From: Proteromonas lacertae
Lineage: Eukaryota
Length of the DNA: 64,000 nucleotides
Assembly (NCBI GenBank): GCA_002245135.1
Contig: NGBS01000873.1
Coordinates: 62,001 to 126,000 of the forward strand
Direction: 5' to 3'
The position numbers and the translations under genes are program-made. The notes under the pieces were generated by a model. That model was not told where the DNA came from, did no database searches, and saw nothing but the letters and a program-made list of their open reading frames with translations. Shown here piece after piece: positions 1 to 10,521 of this stretch (position 1 is its first letter; each line of letters begins with the position of its first letter).

Positions 1-849
1 AGCTTCATATGGATTAAAATATATTCATTCATTATATTATTGTGAATAATAGCATAAAAATATTCTTAGCTAATATATTTTACCAAATTCGTCAAGAATA
101 AAAGGAGATAGTAATAGGAAAACTCAATATAATTGAAAAATATATTCAATTTACACCATCAGTCCATATGTTTTATCATATAGTGAACAAATTCAACAAA
201 CAGTTAATATAAATGAAGATGAAGTAGTCCAAGATCACAATAAAGTGACAAACATATTCGTTTTTATAGACGTATATAATTTTTAGTTTTAGTATTTTTG
301 TATGCTGTGTTAATAATTTACCCTGTTAAAGTTGTAAAAAAAATATTTTGTTAAATGTTATGCTACTACGATGGTTAAATGGAAGATGAATAGACAAATC
401 AACTATGTATTTATTTAGTTCTCTATATATTTTAGACTTACTTGATTTCACCGTATTAGGTAATTATTATTTTGATAATATAGAGAAATGACTTATATTA
501 CCAATTATTAACATAATTACATTATAATTTAACTATCATGATTATAAACATAATTAAATCATCATATTTATCAAAAATATATGAACAATATTCATTATTG
601 ATAATGCAACATGCAATTAACCAAGTGGAGGTAGATAGTAATTATTTTGGTAAATTTGAAGATTGAACTTGGTCAATTACATAATTTTTATACTTATTTA
701 TATATTATTTAAACTATATATATTATTATGAACTTTGAACTATTATATTTAAATGATATAATGATGATTGTTATGAAAGTTTCTTTCATATTATTTGCAT
801 TTATTATGGCTAATTACATAAATATAACAAATAATTATAAAAATATAAT

Positions 850-1027
850 CTATTTATCATCCTTAACTATTATTATTATCATAATCTTTATAATAATTAA
901 AGTCTTTCTCAAGAAATTCTTAAGTTTTTTGTTAACACATATATCCAACGGCTGTAAGTACGGTGTGCATCTAGGCGGTATCATTATTACAATTATCTTA
1001 TTTTTGATACATAAATCTATTGCATTT
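850..1027 (-). mobile_element. pogo/Tigger-type (DDE_1) transposase relic
   Basis: The minus strand reads AIDLCIKNKIIVIMIPPRCTPYLQPLDICVNKKLKNFLRKT, matching the xPPxxTxxLQPLDxxVxxxxK motif around the third catalytic Asp of DDE_1 transposases. Stops on both sides make it a fragment. Confidence 0.75.
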
Positions 1028-1142
1028 TAGTTATAGTTGTTGTTCCCCGTATGGCTGAAATCCCCGTATGGCGAAATTCTATATTGCAGAATGATTAAAT
1101 AAAAACTAATATGATATTCATGATGTTCGGAGTTAGTTATTA

Positions 1143-1572
1143 ACAAATATATAGTTAGTTTGTCATATGACCTACATCTGTGATCTACTTTTTTATGAAC
1201 TTCATTATTCTCAATATTATACTAATTTTCTTTACATTCTCTATTTTAATGTTTCAGCCACTACTACAGTCTAAAATACATTATCTGATATGAATAGAAT
1301 ACACTATCTTTATGTTAAGGTAGTGAAAACAGAAAAAAGAAAAAAAATAATCAAGCCTCACTTAAGCCAGCTGTTTAAAATCTTTTTTTAAATAAGCTGT
1401 TGTTATATTTATTGCAATATATTTATATCAGATAATGTATTTTAGACTGTAGCAGTGACTGAAACATTAAAATAGAAAAAATAATAATATTAGTTTAACG
1501 TTAAGAATAATGAAGTTCATAAAAAAGTAGATCACAGATGTGGGTCATATGACAAACTAACTATATATTTGT
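1143..1572. repeat. Long imperfect inverted repeat (foldback/MITE-like element)
   Basis: Arm 1143-1291 is the near-perfect reverse complement of arm 1425-1572 (acaaatatatagttagtttgtcatatgacc vs ggtcatatgacaaactaactatatatttgt; ctacagtctaaaatacattatctgata vs tatcagataatgtattttagactgtag). Spacer about 130 nt, no ORF. Confidence 0.85.
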
Positions 1573-1824
1573 AAATATCTCTTTATAACTAAGATAAAAA
1601 TGATATTAGTTTGTTTTAAAAGTAATTGTATGATGAAAGAGACTCAACGGCGTACAACACTTCTACTAATCTTTTCATAGATTGTATAGCTAATTCTAAA
1701 ATACACTTGGAAAAAAATGTTATTCTAACAGCAGATATCATTTACCAAACATCATCTTAATCACATTTTATTCATTTTTACACATTCATTTGATTTTTAA
1801 ATTCAATATATATCAAACCTTCAA

Positions 1825-1897
1825 GCTGTGATAGATCAGTTGGGAGAGCGTTAGACTGAAGATCTAAAGGTCACTGGTTCAATCCCGGCTCATAGCG
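1825..1897 (+). tRNA. tRNA-Phe(GAA), with two stem mismatches
   Basis: 73-nt cloverleaf: acceptor GCTGTGA/TCATAGC, anticodon arm TTAGA-CTGAAGA-TCTAA, T loop TTCAATC. A T-run (Pol III terminator-like) follows immediately. Confidence 0.85.
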
Positions 1898-2002
1898 TTA
1901 TTTTTTCTTTTCTCTTTTCCGCCTTATTATGAATCAATATATTATGACATATACTTATATTTCCTTGATTCACAACAAAATTATTAATAAAATAATAATA
2001 AT

Positions 2003-5000
2003 TTAAAATCTTGTTACTTCACCTTCTTCACCTTCATCTTCTTCCTCTATTAAGTCATCTTCATATTTATCTTCATCATTTTCTTTATCTTTATCTTTTA
2101 GTTTATCTTCTGCTAGTTTTAATTCATCTAATTCTTCTTTAGTCATTTGATTGGGTCTATCTTTATCTGTCGGTAGCGGAGTTGATCCTAATTTCAGCTT
2201 GTTTAATAAAGTTATTTCATCTAGTTCTTTAGAAGGATTTTCATCTTTTTTATTTTCTTCTTTTGTATTGCTTGTATTTTTTGAACTAATTGTATTACCT
2301 GTTTTACCTGTACTTCCTGTACTTGTTGAGCCACTTGGAGTACTTGTCGAACCAGATGTTGGATATACTTTTGTTACTTTTAGACAAGTAAACCATTTCG
2401 ATACTTTACTTGAATCATAATATATTTTATATATTTTAGGAATTATCATCAAACAACTACATAATAAACCAGCAAATCCAATACTTACTACATTAAATAT
2501 TAATCTCTGATTAGGTTGGTATATAATCATTGTATTTACACTAAAATAGGCTAATATAAACACACAAATAAAGAAAACAGAAGTAGCTAATGCTTTTGAT
2601 TCATTATAAGCATCATCAGTTTTTCGAGTTGTCCAAGAAAAGAATATTCCAAATCCAGCGATTATATACAAAAATACTAATGCTAATACACTATATACTA
2701 TATTATTTTCACAACTTTTTACAAAGACTTTTTCTACTGTGATACTATATTCATCAGAATATGTTATGCTTCTATAAACAGTATCATAAATCAAACTACT
2801 GATTATACTATAAACTATCCAAACAAACGATATTGATAAACTCAATACTATTATTGCTTGACTGGAAATACGAACTCTTTCCATCTTACTGTTATTATAA
2901 ATCAAGTGAATTCTCCAGGATTTTAATACTATCGTTGTCATTGAGTTTATTATACAACCAAGCAATAATATATCACCAATTATACATTCTAAATCACTTT
3001 CCAATAAAAATTGTTGAAGTGTAGCTGCAAATAGCAATAGAATGTTCGATATTATTGCATATACTAATATTATTAAACTTGATCTTTTTATCACATGTTG
3101 TTGTTTATTAATCACTACTAATACAAATAGTATTATAAAAATTAAAACATAAACTCCAAATATAACATATATAGCTACTAAACAATCATCACTATATTCA
3201 AAATATCTTATTGTTGGACCATTATAACATTCTTCATTTGTCTCTTTGTATGGTATTATCATATAACTCAAATCTGGATAAATCTTTATTAAACTATGAG
3301 CTTGAGTTATTTGACTTAAATATAATTCATGACTGATTGTATTACTTTCACTTCCTTCAATATGACCAAATGCACAAGACAATGATATACTCTGAAATAA
3401 GATTTGAGTGTAAAGTATTATATTCTTATCATTCCTCTCTAATCCATCTTCATCAATTACTTTTAATGCATTATTGTAACAATCTAAAAATGATCTAAAT
3501 ACACAATCTAATGCAGCTATTGCTTCAGATACTTTGATTTCTGAACCTACACGTTTTTTAACAAATTCTTCAAATAATAAAACAGATATATCTCGAACAT
3601 CACCATTATATGATGATATTATCAGAAAATTTGTTAAATTATTGTCCAAGTCTTTATCAAGGTAATAATATTCATAATTGTATAATAAATGATTATATCT
3701 TCCCATTGGAATTGAATGATTAAAGTAAATCGTTAAAAATTCTTTCAATACTGATTCTTTTAGAAAATTCAATATTATTGTACTTGTTTCGCTTGATATT
3801 AAATCAGAGTAGAATGTTTCAAAATCTTCTTCCATATCAGTGAAATTTAAACCAAAATTATATTCTTCCATTTTTGTAGATGTTTCATTTATCTCATTCT
3901 TTATACTTTCAATAAATTTTAATTCATTTTCATCATTATAAATAAACATTATTCGAGAACATTTGATCCTTTCTAAATAGCTTAATGTAATATTCTTATA
4001 ATGGTTTAAAGGAAAAGAATAACCTATAACATATTTATTACAATCTCTTTCTTCTACTTTGGCTATACTGAAGAATAATTGTTCTCCTGTATTATTCATT
4101 TTTCTAACTACCAAATCATGACAATACACTGAAGGACATCCAAATATAAAATTAACTTCATCATTTGATAGGAGTTTCTTCACTTTTGATTCATCTTCAG
4201 AAGTATGATATAATATCACTATTTCAATTATAAACTTGTTTTCATTTGCATTTTTATCAAATATCAATACATTCATCTCTAATAACAACAATTTTGATAA
4301 CTTCTTATAGATTGGGTAATAATCCAATACTAAACCAACATGCATTGGATTGAGAAATTTCTCTGTCTGTAATGGTATGGGAGATAACATTGTTGAATAA
4401 TCTGTAATATCAACCTTCTTATGATTCTTATTAACAACTCCTTTATATAGTCTTCTTTGCACATAACAACTATTTTGAACATATAATAAACCAGATGGAG
4501 ATTGATATTCATGATATCGTATCGATTTCATTATCACTTCTGGATCTATTGATAGACTGTTATTAACCACTTGAACCCATAAATTTATCATTGAATATAT
4601 TATTTCTAAATCTGCTATAGAATAGAAAGATGCTGAATCGGGATAACTATCATACAAATATGAATTGAATTCTTCTACTTCAGAATTTAAAAAAGGGTAA
4701 TTTTGTTCAGATAATGATCTGGTATAAGTTGATATGTAATTCCATCCATCTATCACCATAAAATCACTTTCATCATATCTATTTAATTCGATTATAAAAA
4801 AGTATATGTCTTTATAAGTGAATAATTGAATGTAGGATAGTATGTTAAAAGTCTCTTTGTTATATGTTGCTAAATAAAGGACTGCACAACTTCCATTATC
4901 GGAATAAATACTACATTTTGACAATTCATTCTTTATATAGAATATATCATTTTTTATTTTTTCCAAAATATCATTTACATATAAAAACTTATAACCAATA

Positions 5001-6340
5001 TCTGAAACATTATATAATCCTAACATATAATCAAATGTTTCTGCTCTTTCTTCTTCAATTATTATATATATAAAATCAGATATTGGAAGACTGAATTTAT
5101 ATAGATTATTTCCATATACACTAGTAGCTGAACCACCATTTAAAATATACTTTGATTCTACTTCTATAGCAGAATCTAAATTGAAAATTGCTATTTTGGA
5201 TTTTTCAGATATTCTATCTAGACTATCACTGCTTGCATTGAATGGAATTGTCATAAATATAACTGATAAACCAATATCATTATTATCATCCAAAAAACGA
5301 ACTAATTCATCTCCAAAATCTTTGTCAATTTCATAACTTCCAAAATATAAGTTGATATTATATTGTTTCAAAAATTCGGAAGATTGTTGAAGAACATAAA
5401 GTCTATCTAATAATGTGTAAACTAATGAAATTGTTAAACTATATTTCTTTCGGAAGAATATTCCTATATTCAAAGGCAGCAATTCAAATATACCAATTGA
5501 ATTTCTTGCATCACATCTTTTTAAACTATCTCTACCAATAAATATATCATTAGTTATTCTCATTATTTTTACTTCATCTTTTGGTTTATATATTAAAACA
5601 ATATTCTTTTCAAAGTGATTATTATTATTAATCTTTACTTCACCTTCTATTGTATTTACTATACTTTCATATAAATATGATCTATATGTGTTATAATCAC
5701 AACTATCTGATATTTTCATTGCTTTACATATTATTAACATGGTTGAGAATAATGAAGATATACTATAATCTTCTACACTTGGATCTAATACAGCTTTGCT
5801 ATGTATATCATCTAATAACAAATAATAAAGCTTTGACAATTCATTATTTTCTATTCTTTTTATTGGAACACTGTTTACTGTACTAAAAAATACATTTGAA
5901 CAATGAGGATGAGTAAAACTAGATATAACTATTATTGTTGATTGATAAATATCTTCAATATTTTTCACTTTTTCCAAGAATAGTTCTTTTATTTCATCAT
6001 TTTGTTCAAAGAAAATATAATACAAACCACCATGAACAGAATTATTTGCAATATTTTCCCATTTTAAACTAAATTTATCTAAATCACTATCATATTGCTT
6101 ATAAACTATATTTACATCATAATGATTCGATAAATCATCTACAGTTTTATAATAATCAGAATATTTTGGATCTATAAAGAACAGTCCTTTACCATAGGTA
6201 CTAAAACTGTACTGTCGAGTATAATATTCAAATCGATCATTAAGATATACTTCTGGAAATAAACCATTTACATATACATTCTCAGAACAAATAGTCATAA
6301 TTCCTAAAATTGGACTTTTAAAAAGCACTATTAATTCCAT
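2003..6340 (-). CDS. Class C (GABA-B/Grl-like) GPCR with tandem type I periplasmic-binding ectodomains; true 5' end probably upstream and disrupted
   Basis: C-terminal 7TM region carries class C motifs KSWRIHLIY, YNESKAL and IPKIY. The ~1050 aa ectodomain has repeated AmiC/UrtA-like segments (FIFGCPSVYC, SPSGLLYV, CSENVYVNG). Ser/Thr-rich and acidic tail. Confidence 0.8.
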   Translation of the reverse strand: MELIVLFKSPILGIMTICSENVYVNGLFPEVYLNDRFEYYTRQYSFSTYGKGLFFIDPKYSDYYKTVDDLSNHYDVNIVYKQYDSDLDKFSLKWENIANNSVHGGLYYIFFEQNDEIKELFLEKVKNIEDIYQSTIIVISSFTHPHCSNVFFSTVNSVPIKRIENNELSKLYYLLLDDIHSKAVLDPSVEDYSISSLFSTMLIICKAMKISDSCDYNTYRSYLYESIVNTIEGEVKINNNNHFEKNIVLIYKPKDEVKIMRITNDIFIGRDSLKRCDARNSIGIFELLPLNIGIFFRKKYSLTISLVYTLLDRLYVLQQSSEFLKQYNINLYFGSYEIDKDFGDELVRFLDDNNDIGLSVIFMTIPFNASSDSLDRISEKSKIAIFNLDSAIEVESKYILNGGSATSVYGNNLYKFSLPISDFIYIIIEEERAETFDYMLGLYNVSDIGYKFLYVNDILEKIKNDIFYIKNELSKCSIYSDNGSCAVLYLATYNKETFNILSYIQLFTYKDIYFFIIELNRYDESDFMVIDGWNYISTYTRSLSEQNYPFLNSEVEEFNSYLYDSYPDSASFYSIADLEIIYSMINLWVQVVNNSLSIDPEVIMKSIRYHEYQSPSGLLYVQNSCYVQRRLYKGVVNKNHKKVDITDYSTMLSPIPLQTEKFLNPMHVGLVLDYYPIYKKLSKLLLLEMNVLIFDKNANENKFIIEIVILYHTSEDESKVKKLLSNDEVNFIFGCPSVYCHDLVVRKMNNTGEQLFFSIAKVEERDCNKYVIGYSFPLNHYKNITLSYLERIKCSRIMFIYNDENELKFIESIKNEINETSTKMEEYNFGLNFTDMEEDFETFYSDLISSETSTIILNFLKESVLKEFLTIYFNHSIPMGRYNHLLYNYEYYYLDKDLDNNLTNFLIISSYNGDVRDISVLLFEEFVKKRVGSEIKVSEAIAALDCVFRSFLDCYNNALKVIDEDGLERNDKNIILYTQILFQSISLSCAFGHIEGSESNTISHELYLSQITQAHSLIKIYPDLSYMIIPYKETNEECYNGPTIRYFEYSDDCLVAIYVIFGVYVLIFIILFVLVVINKQQHVIKRSSLIILVYAIISNILLLFAATLQQFLLESDLECIIGDILLLGCIINSMTTIVLKSWRIHLIYNNSKMERVRISSQAIIVLSLSISFVWIVYSIISSLIYDTVYRSITYSDEYSITVEKVFVKSCENNIVYSVLALVFLYIIAGFGIFFSWTTRKTDDAYNESKALATSVFFICVFILAYFSVNTMIIYQPNQRLIFNVVSIGFAGLLCSCLMIIPKIYKIYYDSSKVSKWFTCLKVTKVYPTSGSTSTPSGSTSTGSTGKTGNTISSKNTSNTKEENKKDENPSKELDEITLLNKLKLGSTPLPTDKDRPNQMTKEELDELKLAEDKLKDKDKENDEDKYEDDLIEEEDEGEEGEVTRF

Positions 6341-6915
6341 TAAACAACATTATATCCATATCTCAGATAAGAATCGTATTCAACGCATTTGTTGGATGAA
6401 TTACATTAGGTAAATGGAACAACAATACTACCTACTTCATGATGATGATGATACTGGTTTATCTGGATGTTTATTTCACATGATCATATTTTAATCAAGA
6501 ATAACTATGATAATGTGAGATTTGATGAATGTATAAATCAGAATTATGTATTATTAAGGCTAATAATACTCAATAGGATGATTATTATATTAGTTTTCAC
6601 TTCAGTCAAGAATTGATTTAATATACATCCTAATTCTCTGTAATTTATATGTCTCTGTTTAGTACTATAAAAGTATTCATCCTGTCAATTATATAAGTTT
6701 CAACTGTATTTACAAACATAAACACTTTTTTATTACATTTTCCTCTATTCTCATTACTTTCATATAGCTGATTTTGAATAAACATTTTTGTTTGGTTGAA
6801 ATATAAATTCTGATTGAAAAAACAAAAATATGTAATTATGTAATTCACAGGTAAAAATTACACATGAAAAGTTATTCATTTTGAAATATCTTTTTCATCA
6901 TCTTTTAAAAATATA

Positions 6916-7570
6916 ATGTCAGAACAATCAGGTGAGAAGCTTCCTTCAGCAAGTCTTAAGTTAGTTCTTAGTGATTCTTCTTTCAACCAGAAAGCTATGG
7001 ATCAAAATTCGTATACACCAACCAACAAACCTGTAACATCGCCTAATAATAAAAATTGTCCAAGATGCCAATTTCCATGAAAAATTAAGCAAATATTGTT
7101 CTGAATGTGGATATAAGTATATTTTAGGAATTAATTATTTATGTAGATTATTTTTGGAAGAAACATCTACTACTGTTCAGCCGAGTGTTAGTTCTCCGAA
7201 TGGAGTGATAGTTCCTCCAGCTACACATAATGCAGGGTATATATTGGGTTTTCTATAATATAAAATAGTGGATATAGTGTTCCTAGTTCTCCTAAAACTT
7301 TCAATTATGGTGAGCTTAGTATATAATAATGTGATGGTATTAAAGAAAATGAGAAACATGAAATATACATTTAATGATCTAATAGTAGAAAGAAAAGAAA
7401 TCCTTTATAATAATGATTTGTTAGTAGAAATATTTCCATATATTATAGAGAAAGGAGAGTATCATTTGAAAAGCGATGAATGGAAAAGTATTAACTATAA
7501 AGAAATGGATGTGAGTAGTATATTAATAGATGATGAAAATGTAGTGTTATTAGAAATTGAAATGATTTAA
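6916..7570 (+). CDS. Small zinc-ribbon hypothetical protein (multi-exon, apparently frameshifted)
   Basis: MSEQSGEK...CPRCQF then HEKLSKYCSECGYK after a +1 shift at about 7075. Two ~30 nt GT-AG introns. The 3' part is disrupted. Confidence 0.45.
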
Positions 7571-7706
7571 TAAATAATTGTCATATTGTAAATCTAAAAG
7601 GAAATAATATCAAAAGAATCTTGAAATGTTGAATAATTATTTATTTTTTATTGCTTAACAGAAATAATAATTATAAAAATATAATTGATAGAGATTATAA
7701 TTTTAT

Positions 7707-8681
7707 TTATTGTCTCCAATGTTTACCACAGTCATAACATGTTCCAAATACTGTCATTGGTTCATCAGCAGATCTAGTTTGTTTCTCATAATAGTTTGTA
7801 TGCATTGAATGACATTTTGGACATTCTAATAAACCTTCACTTTTTGTATTTTTTTCTAATATTTTCATCTTTAATTGCTCTACATCAGCAATTGCACTAT
7901 CAGATATAAAGTCTCGATATTGAGCATCAGCTTTTTTTTGATCATCACTTAAGAAATCATTCGCTGAATAACTAGCTAACTTTTCAGGAGATAACATTCC
8001 TGACAATAAATCAAAACAAATATTTTTATTTTTTGATAAATGGAATTTTATTGTTCTACATTGATTTGTATAAGAATCACCTTCAAATTTATTGTGAATT
8101 TCATTTTCTAATGAATTTACTACTTCAGCTAGTTCTTCTTCAGTCAGTTTACTATCCTCATTATTACTTCTCACAGTTTTATATAATAATATTCGTATTT
8201 TACTTCTATCTCCTGATATTTGATCTAGTTTAAGTGATAATCTTTCTTCTTTACTTAATTCATTTGAATTCTGTGGCTTTAGTGTTGGAGATTTTACTGT
8301 TGGGGATATGGAGGTTGGTGATACTACACTTTCACTAGAAGTAGATGTATTGGATTTAGGAGTATTTGATTTACTTTCAATCTCTTTTTTCCATTTATCA
8401 ATTAATTGCTTAGATAATTTTTGTAAATCATGATGTTGTGTTATAAATTCTTCTTTCGATTTTATTATACCCATATTTATTAACTTTCCTAATTGTGTTT
8501 TCTAAAACTAATAAAAAAACAAGAAATACTTTTAGATAGTCTTTTGTCATTGGAATCTTCATCAATTTTTGTATTACAGCATAGAGATGGTTTTCACTCT
8601 AAAAGTTATATTAATCAATAGTTGTACCTGCTCTTTTATTCCACTTTGTATTTCTTCTCTCAATCCCATGAGCACATCCAT
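7707..8681 (-). CDS. TCEA: Transcription elongation factor TFIIS
   Basis: C-terminal zinc ribbon CPKC...QTRSADEPMTVFGTCYDC, central domain II and N-terminal domain I (KTQLGKLIN). Two short 5' introns extend the ORF to an ATG at 8681. Confidence 0.93.
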
Positions 8682-8953
8682 CGCAGTTATTGAGCAATAT
8701 CAACAAAAATGTTTTAAAAGATTTGGCTCGACTCATGTGAAAATGAAGATGAAGGTGTTTTTATCTCCAATTATATATTATAAACTCATTAGAATTACTT
8801 AAAATGGTTATATTTCTAACTATGTCTATCAACATCACTCATTTTATTAAATTTTAGTGTAGGTAGGATTAAAATACATTAGTATGAGAAAATATCACAT
8901 AAAAAATATAATTGTGGAAGAATCATTGTTAAATAATAAGAAGATCCTTTTTT

Positions 8954-9404
8954 ATGGCTAATACAAGTCTTTTGTCTGATAAACTGTATACTCACCATAT
9001 TAAACATTCTAGAAAGAATATATTTCTTCAAAACCGATTAAATATGAAGGTAATAAATGAAGAGTATGTAATTCAGCATTTTTCTTGAATAGAAGGACAA
9101 AAATAATTCAAAATGATGCGAACGAGATTAATAAGAGATCAACATTGATATTTGAGGATTATATTGTATTAATAACGTAAAATTTACGTTTATATAGAAT
9201 CAGGATGAAAAACCTGCTAATATGTATTGTTTTTATTATACTATATTAGACAAACTAATGATTTTCCAGAAATTATTCCACAAAAGAGAATACATGAAGA
9301 TAAAACAACAAATGTAAGAAAAATAACACTATTATTATATTTACGAATAGAATTATTGGAAATACGCAGATGATGTATTATTTAAAAGGATAAGAACTGT
9401 TTAA
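8954..9404 (+). CDS. Hypothetical protein, 108 aa, five exons (not in ORF track)
   Basis: Removing GT-AG introns 9064-9092, 9166-9197, 9224-9249 and 9314-9350 gives one open frame MANTSLLSDKL...WKYADDVLFKRIRTV*. Confidence 0.6.
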
Positions 9405-9644
9405 GAAGACTGGTTCAAATGATCGATTAAGACAGAGAGTTCATGATGCATATCACTAATACCCTAAATATTATAAAGTTATTGCTTATACTGTTGGTGT
9501 TGGTGTTACTACTGATGGAGTTGCATTTTCTTCAATTGTTCTGGAAGCATCTTCATCTAATTCTGCCATAAATTCTGTTAATGCTTTGAGTACTTCTTGC
9601 TCATTAAGCTGTTTCTCGTGACTAATTTGAGTTACAACAGGCAT
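9401..9644 (-). CDS. 71 aa protein, possibly RNA polymerase I A14 (Rpa14)-like
   Basis: One 28-nt intron (9464-9491). Product MPVVTQISHEKQLNEQEVLKALTEFMAELD...GISDMHHELSVLIDHLNQSS*. The gene model is good; the functional call is tentative. Confidence 0.6.
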
Positions 9645-9722
9645 AAATCGAAAATTATAAATGAATGAATCAAGCTGAATGTTTGAAGTATTGTGGTTTT
9701 TCAAAATAAAAAACAATAATAA

Positions 9723-10421
9723 ATGGGAAATGGTCAAAGTTCATTAGATAGTAAATATGTCAATATGATTAGAGACCAGTTTAATAAGCTAAAAGATGGA
9801 GATAAAAACTATTTAGTATTGAATTTAAATTAATTATTATGCAGGTGTTGGAACAAATTTTAAAATTAAAGGCACCAGCTCCATATCAATTGGATATGAC
9901 AGATGTTGCTGTTATATTTCTATTTGATACAAATTTAAACGGTTTTCTCACATTCGATGTATATTTTTAAGAATATTTTGTTGTTTAGGATTTAAAAAAT
10001 GGTGTTGAAGTATATGCAAAATATTATGGAGATCACAGTAATAATTCATACAAGAATCAATTTACAGGACTTTGTATTTGTAATTTGTGTTATGCAATGA
10101 AAGAGAAAGGTGAAGGTCCAATATCTACGTGGTTGTTGTCTTTAATTACAAATAGTCTTGCTTATAGAAAGAGTAGTAATTATACAATGTCTGTAGTTGA
10201 ACTACTATATAACGTATAATGTTTTTAATCATAAATAATAGTTTTTGAAAATAGAGCAAACCTCTGGTGTTCCGTTTGATAGATTTAGTGAAATATTGAA
10301 GAGTTATTTAGTTAAAAAGGAAAACAATCCAGATATTGTCCCAAAAGAAATGATTATTAATTTATCGAAACAATATCTAAGTGGTGTTGGAATATTAGTT
10401 GAATCAATTTTAGAAAGTTGA
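9723..10421 (+). CDS. N-myristoylation-motif EF-hand protein, 203 aa (not in ORF track)
   Basis: Three introns (29, 30, 28 nt) give an open frame starting MGNGQSS, with EF-hand-like loop FDTNLNGFLTFDDL. Confidence 0.75.
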
Positions 10422-10521
10422 TATAGGTTAATTTATTTATTTCAGATATGTTTTATGTATTCTATAGTTGATTATAATGTTGGAAAAAGCTCAAATAACA
10501 AATTGAAAAGATAAATTCATA

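Noticed and set aside
1..720. Short coding-like stretches at the window start
   Set aside because: Frequent stops in all frames and no recognisable motif; probably decayed sequence.
728..1030. 100 aa hydrophobic plus-strand ORF
   Set aside because: It is the antisense shadow of the DDE_1 relic in AT-rich DNA, with I/F/L-rich composition and no motif.
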